Assembly: GCA_047495785.1 (NCBI GenBank)
Contig: JBLDXI010000012.1
Location: 744,001 to 808,000, forward strand
DNA length: 64,000 nucleotides
From: Lepidodermella squamata
Lineage: Eukaryota; Animalia; Gastrotricha
Reading direction: 5' to 3'
Under the pieces are notes generated by a model. It did no database searches. It worked only from the letters and a program-made list of their open reading frames with translations, and was not told the origin of the DNA. The position numbers and the translations under genes were made by a program. Positions 50,659-62,402 of the stretch are shown here, piece by piece. Numbering within the stretch: the first letter of the stretch is position 1; the number at the start of each line of letters is the position of its first letter.

Positions 50659-51258
50659 TTATTGTTGTTTGATATACAGAAAAAAAGGCGCCAATTTAAC
50701 AAATGCTATTTTTATAAGAGATAACGAAAAACAGCCGCTCATAATCATTTTTCCAGTGTGAAACAGTGTGGCAGATACATTTAACTTTGGTTCATTTTCA
50801 TTAGTGCTGACTTTGGAGAAAACACGTATACGCAACCCAGGAAAAAATTCTGGTTGGTAAACGCATATTTTAGGAAATTGAAAAGCTAGCAGGCTAAGAT
50901 TGACAGTTTTATGTAAATCGTAGAACAATACTATATTAGTAATTATTGGGTCACGGATTATCAACCGTCGATTAACAATTTTTCTGAGTGTAGCTTGAAG
51001 AACTCCAAAAGCAGTAACACAATTCGAGGCTGTTTTGGTACCACTACAAATTATAGCTCCGGATGAAAATAATAAAAACGTCGCGTTAAAAGCAGGTACT
51101 TTATAGAACAAAGCACTCGACATTTTTTTTGGGTTATATTTTGCACAAGGTAAAATTAGGGCTAGACTATCTAAATTAAATAGAAAATTTGACCTTGATT
51201 TAGCCATAATATTTGAAATAGAGTAATCAATATCATATTGTATATTATTTACTTCCAT
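50659..51258 (-). CDS. Polinton-encoded TATA-binding protein (TBP) homolog, 199 aa from the first ATG, intact and intronless
   Basis: Two TBP repeats: ISNIMA...FNLDSLA...AKYNPKKM...TFLLFSSGAIICSGTK and ITNIV...VNLSLLA...YQPEFFPGL...ATLFHTGKMIMSG (cf. TBP NIVS/YNPKRF/LIFSSGKMVCTGAK and NMVG/YEPELFPGL/LIFVSGKVVLTG). Confidence 0.92.
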   Translation of the reverse strand: MEVNNIQYDIDYSISNIMAKSRSNFLFNLDSLALILPCAKYNPKKMSSALFYKVPAFNATFLLFSSGAIICSGTKTASNCVTAFGVLQATLRKIVNRRLIIRDPIITNIVLFYDLHKTVNLSLLAFQFPKICVYQPEFFPGLRIRVFSKVSTNENEPKLNVSATLFHTGKMIMSGCFSLSLIKIAFVKLAPFFLYIKQQ

Positions 51259-51341
51259 ATTTAATGGTGGGGATTTCAATAGAAAAAAAGGTTCAGTGCT
51301 AGATTGTAGCTTTAAATCAACAGGATAGGATATAGTCAAAT

Positions 51342-51770
51342 TTATGATCGTGGTCGACTGTGATGCGGCTGATTGAAGGCTTGTAACATACTTGATTTCA
51401 GCTGTTTCTGTTTGAACTTTGCGATAGGTTGAGGGCAAATCATGACCAAAAAAGAGGCGACAGAATCTTGCTTTCGTGACTCATGATTGGTAATTGGAAC
51501 AGCTGGTTTATTTTTCGCCTTGCATGGCGTTTTCGCCGATTTAGCAACTGATTTCTTCTCAGTACCTATGACTTTTTTCTGAATTTTATGTTTAGCATTG
51601 CGTTTCGGTTGATTACGAACCGCAGTTTTTGCTAATCTAGAGGCTGATGTTTGTTCAACAGGTTCCTTGGTAAACGTACTCGTATTCGGTTCATTCAGGT
51701 TTATTGGTACGAAATCATTGTTAGAAAAAAACAATGGAGAAGCCGGAGATGAATTGAAGAAAGCTTCCAT
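51342..51770 (-). CDS. Lys-rich basic protein (right copy)
   Basis: Mirror of 41757-42185. Confidence 0.5.
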   Translation of the reverse strand: MEAFFNSSPASPLFFSNNDFVPINLNEPNTSTFTKEPVEQTSASRLAKTAVRNQPKRNAKHKIQKKVIGTEKKSVAKSAKTPCKAKNKPAVPITNHESRKQDSVASFLVMICPQPIAKFKQKQLKSSMLQAFNQPHHSRPRS

Positions 51771-51938
51771 AAATTCAGTAAGAAGAATAATATTCAAAGT
51801 TCTTGCGTTTGAAATGAAAAATGATCGAATGACGGAAGCCGGCCGCGGTGATTGGTTGGAGTTGCTGAGCCCCAGAACCTTCTGATTAGGAATGAATAAA
51901 TAACAAAGGCATTATATAAATAAAATAAACTGACCAAA

Positions 51939-52745
51939 TTAGGTCGAAGAGCTGTTGTTGAAAGGTAAGACGGTAGCGACAGGTTGTAGTGCGATGGAGC
52001 GTTGCATGATGCCCGGCCATTTACTATTCGCACCTTCCTGCTGACCATTAAGAACATCGATGACTGATGCCCATGGAATTTTCTGAGCGTGTTGATAGGG
52101 TGGAGGTACGACGTTCTGCATTTCTACTGAGACCCTACGACCTGCCCGAAGTAAAAGGTAGAATATGTGCCGCAGGTTTACGCTGACACCATTAAAGTTT
52201 TTTAACAAATCGTAAAATAAATGTTGGATGTAGATATATCGGCCTTCGGTGTAGGTAGGGTGTGCCGTTAGGCCATACCAGAAACTTTCTTCCAGGCCAG
52301 ACACAATAATAGGGTTAGGGCTATCGTCGAGGCAATCATCCAAAAGGTAATCACTTTCAGTAAAAATAATTGAGTGACAAATGGACGACCATAAATCATC
52401 CTGGCGAACAAGGAGCGTGGTAGTATCATTTAGGATGCTCTTCCATAAATCATGCCCAACGATGGAAGCACAGGTAGCTAAATTATATTCGGCAAAATGT
52501 TGAAAATTCGTGCCATCGTGGGTTGATGGGAAGAGACGAGCAACGGCTCTTTTGTAGCCGAGATAAACATGATCGATAGTAATATGTTGGCCTTTCGAGT
52601 TGGCAATCAAATCGAATATGGCGACTTCAGCGAATGTAATGCGTCCAGAGAGGGTATTTAGTGATATATTTAATGATTTCGGAGGAAAAAGTAAATCTTC
52701 TCGGTAGAAAATCGCTTCATAAGATTCATCATAGCCAATAATCAT
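51939..52745 (-). CDS. Uncharacterised 268-aa Polinton accessory protein (intact copy)
   Basis: Long ATG ORF in AT-rich DNA, downstream of the TATA-containing repeat. Globular composition, no motif recognised. Confidence 0.65.
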   Translation of the reverse strand: MIIGYDESYEAIFYREDLLFPPKSLNISLNTLSGRITFAEVAIFDLIANSKGQHITIDHVYLGYKRAVARLFPSTHDGTNFQHFAEYNLATCASIVGHDLWKSILNDTTTLLVRQDDLWSSICHSIIFTESDYLLDDCLDDSPNPIIVSGLEESFWYGLTAHPTYTEGRYIYIQHLFYDLLKNFNGVSVNLRHIFYLLLRAGRRVSVEMQNVVPPPYQHAQKIPWASVIDVLNGQQEGANSKWPGIMQRSIALQPVATVLPFNNSSST

Positions 52746-53138
52746 AGCAACTTATTTGACCTTGCTATCCCTACCTTAATCTTTGCTTTTATTCGATTTT
52801 CCTTGAGTAAAAAAATGTTTCTTATATTTTTTAGATTACAGTTAAGTTGGATTGATAGGAGAAAGTAAAGTTTATTTACAAAACAAGTTAATGGACATAT
52901 CAGGAAAGAAAGGAGTATTTATAAATGCTAATGGCCAAAGTAAAAAATATTTATTATATTTTAGATTAAAGTTAAGGGGGATTGATAGGAGAAAGTAATG
53001 TTTATTTACAAAAAAGGTTAATGGAAAGTAAGGTGTATTTATATAAGCTAATGGACAAAGCAGGAAAAAAGATGAGCTAGCTTGAGTTCTTAGATTACTG
53101 TATCTAATCAAGTATCTTTTTGGAAACTAAGAAAATTG

Positions 53139-53414
53139 ATGGAAGCAGAAGACATGTAAGTTTGGTTCTTTTTTAAAAAATCTTGAATAAATTCTGTTAT
53201 GTTTAGTCGTGAACGCTTATATCAAGCACTGCTAAGCATTGACCATCTGCAACGAGCAATGACAGCAGCTATAAACGAAATGTTGAACACACAATTGGAG
53301 GTTGAACAATTGATCAATGATGCATCACGATTTATGATAGCAACTCGAGCAAGAGATCAGGCATGCAGCCTAGATTGTGGTGATTGGAATTGTAATTACT
53401 GTTACAAAGATTGA
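53139..53414 (+). CDS. Small spliced Polinton protein MEAEDI|RERLY...CSLDCGDWNCNYC
   Basis: ATG at 53139. A 51-bp intron 53156-53206 (GTAAGT...TTTAG) joins in frame to the 71-aa ORF. Confidence 0.6.
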
Positions 53415-53782
53415 AAAATTAAAAATAAATTATCATGTGTGCATTTTTTATATTACAAATTAATTCCCAGAAAGAATGCAAAAGCATGACTCATAATAGT
53501 TTTAGAAAAAAAGTATGCCCGCTGTATATTTTATCATAAACATTGCGTACATTTATGGGGCAATGGATAAAACGCACTTATATATTTATGTGAAACGGTT
53601 ATAGTAAAAATGACCGTAGTGCTATTACTGATACAACGCTCGTATATTTATGCCAAATGGCTATAGTAAAAATCGCCGTACTGCCATTACTGATCCCAAA
53701 TTGCGTATATTTATACCAAACGGCTATAGTAAAAATCGCCGTACTGCCATTACTGATCCAAAGTTCCCATCCTTACTACTAA

Positions 53783-54497
53783 TGAGTTGGCTATATTCTC
53801 ACCTTTCCATAAATCCCACGGATTGAAATTCGCCGAGCAGAGTCATGTTTGCTGTACAAACCTTGTTTACATTTCGTATTAAACCCAATCAAAGCTGATA
53901 TGTGTTAAGCCTTACCTGTAAATCAAACGGGAAAGAGCGCAGTATTAGGTTGCATGTCAGGTCCCAAGTTGAGTACAACCACATGATTGCCTCGCCATTG
54001 GAAACGATTGAAACCGGCGACTTTTCCATCAAATCCCTCAAATCATCCATATTAATCATGTTCTTAACCGCAATTTTCGGGGTCCAAGTTCCCGCCTGTC
54101 CTTTATTCAGTGTTATCGACGTTATGTTGCAGTAATCGCCGGGGTCCCAGGTATAACCCAGGGGTGCGGCATTCCAAGTCAAACTGAACCCCCCAGTGAC
54201 TGAATTAGAAAATAATTTAAAAAAATTAGAAATTCAATCAAACAAACGTGAAATCGAATTTTCCTGCTCGTTGATGCCTTGAAGGGAGACGAGGAAAAAT
54301 GTTGAAATTAGTGTTACCATTCTTCCATCAGGACTGATTGGAGGAACGTTTATGTTCGACATGGTTGAGTCCTTCAAGTCATCCATTAATTTTCTTCTCA
54401 CATACAAATTAGCCAATCCTCTGCTTGAACAATTAAGGCCGTCAGCCCTGACCCCGGTAAGTATCACAGCTAGTGTCAGAATTCGGACTAAAATCAT
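53783..54497 (-). pseudogene. Cys-loop LGIC gene A (type I), cut off after the Cys-loop by the Polinton end in an intron
   Basis: Signal peptide MILVRIL, VPP, WTPKIAV and Cys-loop CNLILRSFPFDLQ|VC. Donor GGAAAG|GTGAG lies ~22 bp before the element. No TM exons on the other flank. Confidence 0.8.
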
Positions 54498-54571
54498 GTT
54501 AGTTTCTGGAAAAATAACAAAACTGAAAGCTGAAATCATGTTTTTATTCTCTCTTTTCTTTAATTTCCGCG

Positions 54572-56427
54572 TCAACATTGCCAGAATTTGTAATTCGGCG
54601 GGTGATATTGCGTTCCGTTGATCGTGAATGTTCCATCGTCAATTCCTGTCGGCGCCGGAATCAGCTTCGAGTTATAAGATACGTAAAGGCCAATAACAAC
54701 CAGCCAAACAAGCGCAACCGCTAGCCCGTAGGCAATAATTCCAACATCGTTGACGAAATCAATTCTGCGCCGCAGTTTGATGTAATTTTCCAGCTTTTTC
54801 GCGCCTTCCGCCACCTCCGAGTCAACAGTATGCGCAGCTAGGGCTTTCAGCTGTTTTGACGCCGATCTGCCATAGTTGCTGTATACCGAAGTTCGAAATT
54901 CACTCGCTGATATTATCGATGTTTTGCTGTTGACTTCAGATGGACTTGTTTTATTGCTTTTCAAATTCGAGTTCTCTTTTATCTTGAATAAAGAACAGAA
55001 CTTCATTAGGTTTACCATGAAAACGAGCAAATAATCACCTCTTCCAATATCCATTTGAAGTCAAACTTCTTCTCGGTGTCTTTTACGTAGTCGGCGAGTC
55101 GTAATAAAATTGCGGCAAAAATCTGAAGAAATAATAATACGATTTAGAAAGAATTAGGGTGGAAATCGCAACTCACGCAAGCCAATGTTGTAACAATAAA
55201 CAGCATGAAAACAAGCTTGAGTAAATAAATTTTTCAGAAAATAGAGATACCTCAATAAGAATCGCCATACCCAATAAAACAAAGGTAAATCTTTTAATTC
55301 GGCAATTGGAGGCATGGACGAGGAGACACTTGCGAAAATGACTAAATTCAATTGTTAAGATGGATCAAATAGCTTTTCCCGAGTTAAGGAATTACCGAAA
55401 AAAGATAGCAGAACTGTGCAGGCGATGTTCATTTTTTCCTCGGAATCAGTTGGGTAGATGAAAATTGCGAAACCAGAAACAGTTAGGAGCAAAGTTGGGA
55501 CGATGATTCCTATCAAATGGAAGGAACTTCGGCGTTTAAATGCGAATTCAACAACAGCGAGATCGCCTAGACTATCGTCGTAGCTGCCAAAGTATCGCGT
55601 TCCTAAGAATTCCCATTGTGGATTGTCAGTGATTGTGTTCTAAGGTGGAATGTAATTGAAATTGAGGCATGAAAATTCAAAGAAAAAGCAGACCACAGAA
55701 CAAGAAGAACCACTATCCGGTGGGACAAATTTGATGAGATCCCACTCAGCTAAACAAGCAAAGCCGATGTAACAGATCTACACAAGGGACGGAATATTAT
55801 TTCCATACAGTGCAATGGGGTTTCTGAGTACCTGAGTATCAAACGGGTAGTTGTACATTCTCAGCCTAGCGAATGGAATCCTTGAAAAATGTGATGGAGT
55901 GATTTCGAAGAATTTACGCGCAAATTGCGTCGAAGGAATTGTAAAGACGCCAATGAGCCAGGCCGTATTCTATGCTAACTGTGGTCTTATCTTGAATGTC
56001 ATTCCAACCTTTTTAAGGGCGATGAATCATCTTTCAGCTATCATCGAAACAACTTACTAGCCAAGTTCTGAACGTTGTAGGGAACCAATTTAGGCACCCA
56101 CATTGAATCTTGCGGCTTGAAAATTGAGAAGGACATTTGTTTCAAGGTGGACGCATGATTACCAAGCAAAACTTCTGGCACGTTCCATTTAAGAGTCACG
56201 CCCAGCGTAAGCGAAACCAAGCTGCTTCTTTCCTCGACGTAGCCGATTGAAACGAAAAGAACAGATGTACTGACGTTAATAACTGCTTGATTGTCAGTCG
56301 GCGGGACGTTCGTATGCATGGACAGGCCAGTTAGAGCTGCAATGTAGTTTGGAACAGTGAAATTCTGTCCAGACACACGGAAATCAGACCAAAAACAGGC
56401 AGAGACAAGCAAAAACCTTCCGATCAT
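54572..56427 (-). CDS. Cys-loop LGIC gene B (type II), multi-exon
   Basis: VPPTD, WVPKLVP, YPFDTQ|IC, NPQWEFLG, AFKRR, M1 IVPTLLL, EEKMNIACTVLLSFF, M4 and C-terminal YHPPNYKFWQC. Confidence 0.85.
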
Positions 56428-56616
56428 TTTTCTTGATTTTATAAAAATTTCCTAAAATTTTTGAAAATTTGAAAATTGGTTGAAATTTTTGAAATTTTTT
56501 AATCTTTAAAAGTTCACAATGAATTTTATAAGAAATTTTAAAAAGTTTCATAATTGTTTGTGAAAATTTATTACAATTTTAAAAAATTATTTGAAAAATT
56601 CAAAAATGCAATATTA

Positions 56617-58375
56617 TCAGATTTCCTGTGCTGTAATTGTGCAATTCGCGGGTACAGCCGGTATATCACTGGATCTATCAAGACTGCATTGGTAAGAGCA
56701 ACTGTCATAGTTGGCAATTGGCTGAAAGAAGACTTTGTTCCTCATCATTATCAGTCCAGCCTGTCTATCGCCAGTCAAGGCCGTTGGTCTATCCGACTTC
56801 GAAGCAGTTAGGATCAGTGCGAAAAATACCAGCGAAATTAATAGGGCTGAGGATAGGTATAAAATTAGGCCGATGTTATTGACAGCGTTCAGGTATTTTG
56901 AGATTTTCTTCGCTTTCTTCTCGAGGGCAGCGACAACGTCGGGATCGGAGCCTTTTTTCGATTCACCCTCTGCAGCTTCAGTGTATTCCCTAACTCGACC
57001 GGTGAAGTGCAAAATCAGGGCAGAAAACATCGTTCCAAAAATTGTAGCGACAAAGAGACTCATCAAGTACTAATTTCGAAATTAAAATAAAAAAAAATCG
57101 AGAAAATGATGGAAAAACCCACGTAGTAAAGTAGAGGAATATCGGTAGCATTCGGTGGCAAAGAACTGATAACAGTTGAAAAAATGAAGAAAAAGGTCAG
57201 CAGAACCACAAAGCAGACTCCCATCTTCTCGCCACTACAATAAGGAATTGGATACAAATTTGATCAACAACTTTCGAAGTGACCTCTCAGGTGGAATTAT
57301 GAACATTGCAGCCCCGGAGAAAGCCAAAAGAACAGTTGGAATAACCAGGCTGAAAGGGAAATTCAAGAATAAATCGGAATCGATCACAAGAATTACCTAA
57401 GAAGATGAAATGTTGACCTTCTCTCCAAGATTAGTTGAATTCTAGAAAAAAAATTGAATTTTTTAAAAACAATAAGTATTTTTTTTTATAATTACGAGTA
57501 TATTCCTACGGAATATCCTTCGGTTGTCTCGCGGAGTAAATCACGTTCTGCAGCGGCCCTAGATCCGAGAAATCTCCACTGTGGATGGGGGATGTAGTTC
57601 GAAGCACAAATCGTCCTGATTTTTCTAAAATTCCGAATGAAGCAAAAAATTCCTCACAATTTGAATCTTCAGGCATACTTTTCGTTGAACTGGACGAACT
57701 CGTGTTCCGAAAGCAATGTAAAATTCGCCGCGCAAATCTGTTTTTGTCAAAAGAGGTCAAATTGAGGTCAAATCATTATTGCTCATAATACTTGGTAATC
57801 GAGAGGGAATGCGCGAAGTCTGAAGCTGCAGGCTAATTGGAAAGTATTGTAGAGTAGCATCTCAGCCCGGCCATCTGGGGTAACTTGAATCGGAGCTTTT
57901 TCAAGCATGTCTCGCCAGTCGTTGAGATTGATCATATTCAGCACCTGTAAATTCAATTTTTTTAATTTTTTTTTCAAAATTTGAATTATTTAATTACTGT
58001 AATTTTTGGGGTCCATACAGCGGCTTGGGCTTTATTCAACGTATAAATATTGGCGTTGCAATAATCCGAACTCGACCATGTGTAATTCAAAACCGTCACA
58101 TCCCAAATCAGAGACAATGCCCCAGAAATTGTTATCGTATTGCGTTGCTCGTCAACATTTTGGAAAGCAATCAGGTAAAACATCAAATCAACCGTTATTT
58201 CAGGAGACCCTCCATCGCCCATCACCACTGGAGGGATATTAGGAGAGTTGACAACATTGCTGCCGGTCAGAGTGTCTTTCAACGCTAGATAAGCGTTGAC
58301 ATTCGCCTTATTATTCGGGCAAGTTAACTGAGCCGAAATCAGCGGCAAAAATGTAACGAAAAACCAAATTAACAT
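56617..58375 (-). CDS. Cys-loop LGIC gene C (type I), multi-exon
   Basis: NIPP, VDEQRN, DYCN, WTPKITV, CSFRLRAFPLDYQ, HPQWRFLG, GEKMGVCFVVLLTFF, PPNATDIPLL, M4 and Cys-rich tail. Confidence 0.85.
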
Positions 58376-58736
58376 GGCTTCAATCCACTTGTTACAGAAA
58401 TTTTTATCAACAGATTGCGAATGGAATCATAAGTAATGCAAAGGAGCATCGATTTTATTGATCGGTAAAAAACATCTTGAACAAACGTATGATAGTCGCT
58501 ATTCATGCATTGTTAATTAAGAACCATTGTTCGACTCTTATTTGCGAGTTAGGCTGTCGTTAAGCTGGCTGTGATCGATTGTACACACTCTCCAAGCACA
58601 ATCCTAAAAATAATACCAACTCAGTTGAAGGTTCGTTCTTTCAACCTTCATATCTATGGTTCATTCGATTATTTTGTCAATTTATGCAATCAGCTTTGAA
58701 TAACAGATTGATCGAAAAATGTTCAGATTTTTATTC

Positions 58737-60344
58737 TTAGCATAGCCAAAATTGAAAGTTGGGTTTATGAAAAAGTTCGCCGTCAATCAAAAACTTTGAA
58801 TCATTTCGCTTTAGGTAGACTGGAGTCACCCTTTGCTCAGTTTTCGTATACAATCCGAAAATGACGGCACATATTGTCGTGGTTAAAATTCCATAAATTA
58901 TGATTGCGGCAAAATTAAGAACTGTCGAAGGTCGAATTCGCCTCGTTTCCTGTATTTTTCAGATGTTCAACTCAATTATAGATATTTTTGTAATTACGCT
59001 CATTGACGTTGCCTCTTGGAAGGCAAGACGTAAAGTAAACGCCGCCAAAACCTGAAATCGATGTAATCAAAATTATACCAAAAATTATATTTCGAAGTTA
59101 CCGTAGCTACGACTGTGGTAACAAAAAGACTGAATAAAAGCTGAAAAAAATGAAAAAAAAATTAAGGAGGATTTTTTCGAATCTTCAATTTTACCCAATA
59201 AAGCAGAGGCATTTCAGTTGGCGTAGATATAGCTGGCATAGATTCCGAAACTCCAGCGAAAACAACTGAAAAATTGGCGCTAATTAATCCGAAAGCATCA
59301 TTATTCCAGAAATTTACCGAAAAATGATAAAAGTACAGTGCATGAAATGTTCATTTTCTCCTCAGAATCGCTTGGGGTCACAAAAATTGCGAAACCCGAA
59401 ACAGCGAGAAGTATCGTTGGCAGAACAACGCTGACGAGATGAAAGGTTCCTCTTCTTCGAATGACGAAGCTTATTCTCGCTCGTTCGTAGCCACCAACAA
59501 TTGAAATGCGATAGTTGGAACCGAGAAATTCCCACTGCGGATGATCCAGAGCGGGTTCCTAAAGGTCCAGGAATTTTTCGGATGAAAGATGATTTTATTG
59601 CGCTTTTAACTCACAACTGCGCAAGACGCGTTTGAGTAAGGGTATTTAAAACGGACAATGTCCAAATCGGCAATGGCAGTCATCTCGATATAGCAAATCT
59701 GCATAATTAATTCAAAAATTGGTTTATTAGCAAAGACTCCAAGTACTCATACCTGGGTATCAAATGGGTAGTTGGCTAATTGCAACCTGAAAAAATGAGA
59801 ATTGAAACCTGAGCGAACAAGGGATCTTATGACTTTGCGCTCTCACCTGCATGAAAGTTGAAATGGCGAAAATAATCTCCACTCAGCAATTCTATCTAAA
59901 TCAACGTTAATTGGAGCCTTGTCCATGCAATCGCGCCAATCTTCAAATTTCGAATATTTTTGAGAAATTGTAGCTGAAACTATAGCCTCAACTATTACCG
60001 TGAAGATTCAGAGAATTTACCGGGACAATTTTAGGCGTCCAAATGGTGTCTTGTGGCTTGGCGACCGCAAATCCCAGAGTAGATGGCCGCCCATTGAACA
60101 TAGTCGAAGGTAGTTTCCATTTCAAAGAAACCGATGCTGAAATTGATATTGTGTTGCTCTTCTCATCGACGTCTCCAAAGGCCGTGAAAATGATACCAAA
60201 GGTCACTTCGATCTCGTTATTCGAGTCAACCGGCGGAACGTCGATGTCCATTTCTTTAATTGAATTAATGTCCCGAGATTGAGACGCGAACATCTCGTTA
60301 TTGCCAGAAACCATTTGAAAATATAATAGTAATAAAGGCAACAT
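58737..60344 (-). CDS. Cys-loop LGIC gene D (type II), multi-exon
   Basis: DVPP, VDEKSN, WTPKIVP, YPFDTQ|IC, HPQWEFLG, IRRR, EEKMNISCTVLLSFF and tail FHKPNFQFWLC*. Confidence 0.85.
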
Positions 60345-60374
60345 CTAATAATTTTTAATTTTAATAATTTGTGG

Positions 60375-62230
60375 TTAATACAACGGGCAAAGTTCGCTAA
60401 CAATTCGCTCAGTTTTCCGATCTATATAACAATTTATACAGTCAACAAAATCTGGAATGTGGGAGAAAAAAGTTAAACCCCGCATCTTGAAAAGTCCCTT
60501 ATGAGGTCCATCAATTGTTGTAGGAGAATTTTTCGAAGCATCATCGACAATGAAGCAGACGATGATGATCGTTAGTCCGGTAACGATAATTAGGTAAGCG
60601 TATAAGGCCGCGTTATTTGCAAAGTTCAGGCGTTTCTCGAGTTGATACGCTTTTTCCGTCAAGTTTTCGAAATGTTCGCCCTTTAGGCTGGAGCGACGTC
60701 GATAAATCCGAACTTCGAGCTGCTCGTGAATTCCGGCGAGGTGAAGGATAGATGCAGCAGCTAATGTTCCGATAATTGTTGTGGCAAATAAACTGAATAA
60801 ATACTGATTAAAAAAATTTAAATAGATTTTAAAATTCTATAAAATTCATTTTACGTAGTACAGCATCGGAATATCGGTTGAATTTGGTGGGAATGAACTG
60901 ATGACCGTTGAAAAAATGAAGAAGAAGGTCAGTAGAACAACAAAGCAAACTCCCATTTTTTCGCCACTGTATAGAAAACAATAAATCGCAGCCATTTCCC
61001 TTAGTTAGAATACCTACCTGTTTGCTGTTAGGAAAAAATTGTAAATTTCCATCGAAATTTCAATTTCAAAGCTTACCAGGAATGATGAACATGGCGGATC
61101 CGGAATAAGCCAAAAGAAGCGTCGGAATTATCAGGCTATAATTTCCCAATAAAATTCAACAATTTTCTATTTTTCTGAATTCCTTTACCTGACCAAATGA
61201 AATAGGGGTTTCCGCTTAAAAATCATTTGAATCCTTGAAAAATTTCCATAAATTCAAGTTGCAATGAAGTTACTGGAGCATTACGAAAGGATGTTGACCC
61301 TTGTCAGCGTATGGGGATCGAATAGATAGTCGTATTCAGCTGCACTTCTCGAGCCTACGAATTCCCATTGTGGGTTAGGAACGGGACTCATTGAACACAT
61401 GGGAACAAGCGAGCTGAGGTATGGGAATAATATTTATTTCATCAATAAATTATGCAAAAAAATGTGACTCACGCTTTCGCGAATTCGACGTAAGGAAACT
61501 CAGCCACAAGGGACATGTTAACAGCGCAAACCTGTTGGACGTAAAAAAGTAGGTCATCCCGCTTTTTATAGGTCAATTTGCCTTACTTGATAGTCTAAAG
61601 GGAAGGAACGGAGTCGCAGATTGCAAGCCAGTTCGAATGTTGAATACAATATCATTTGCGCTTGCCCTCGCGTCACATCAATTTCAAGCGTCGTTTTCTC
61701 CAACATATCACGCCAATCGTCCAAATTTAACATATTCGGAATCTATAGCATGCCCTATTACAATTTGAGACCGTATTTTTCACGAAATTACCGTAATTTT
61801 TGGCATCCAAGTCCTTGATTGAGCTTTGCTCAGCGTAAAGATCGTAACATTGCAGAAATCATTCGGCTCCCAGGTATAGTTTAATGCTTTAACGTCCCAT
61901 AACATTGAAAGAGCTCCAGAAACTGATAAATTCGAATTAAATCGAAAATTAGAAAATTGAAAATAAATTACTAGTGATTGTGTTTCTTCGCTCATCGATG
62001 CTTTGGATTGAAATCAAAATTAAAACGGTGTATAGGCTAATCATTTTAAACGGCTCGGCGTTTGGTTCAATGGGTGGTACATTCGCATCGCTAACGGCGG
62101 TTTTCTCCAGATGATTTTTCAACGCTTCGAACACGTCCGCGCCAGATTGGCGACATTTCGATTCGGAAATGGCAGCTGAGACTGATTTTAAGCTAACAAT
62201 TGAGATAATTAGGAAATCGCAAAACTTCAT
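60375..62230 (-). CDS. Cys-loop LGIC gene E (type I), multi-exon
   Basis: NVPP, IDERRN, DFCN, WMPKITV, CNLRLRSFPLDYQ|VC, NPQWEFVG, GEKMGVCFVVLLTFF and Cys-rich tail. Confidence 0.85.
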
Positions 62231-62402
62231 CCTTGAGAGCTTGAAAAAATATCGAGTTCAAGTTCTGGTTTGATACATTTTATTCACGCAGGAAACTAGT
62301 CATATTCCCTGTAGATTCCGGGTTGCTAGCATTAATTGCTTGCTAGGAACAAACACCATTTTTCGAATTGCGTCAAATCAAACAAGTTTATTTTTTTATT
62401 AA

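Larger units (their letters stand above)
39746..53780. mobile_element. Polinton/Maverick (adintovirus-like) left half duplicated as a 14-kb palindrome; lacks pPolB, packaging ATPase and protease
   Basis: 5'-AGTAGT...ACTACT-3' termini. Mirror symmetry (coordinate sum 93526/93527) of 39746-46573 and 46953-53780. Carries integrase, penton and MCP hallmark genes. Confidence 0.93.

Noticed and set aside
61280-61330. Apparent frameshift or stop in channel gene E
   Set aside because: Resolved by a phase-2 donor (TC|GTAATG) at the same position as in paralog C.
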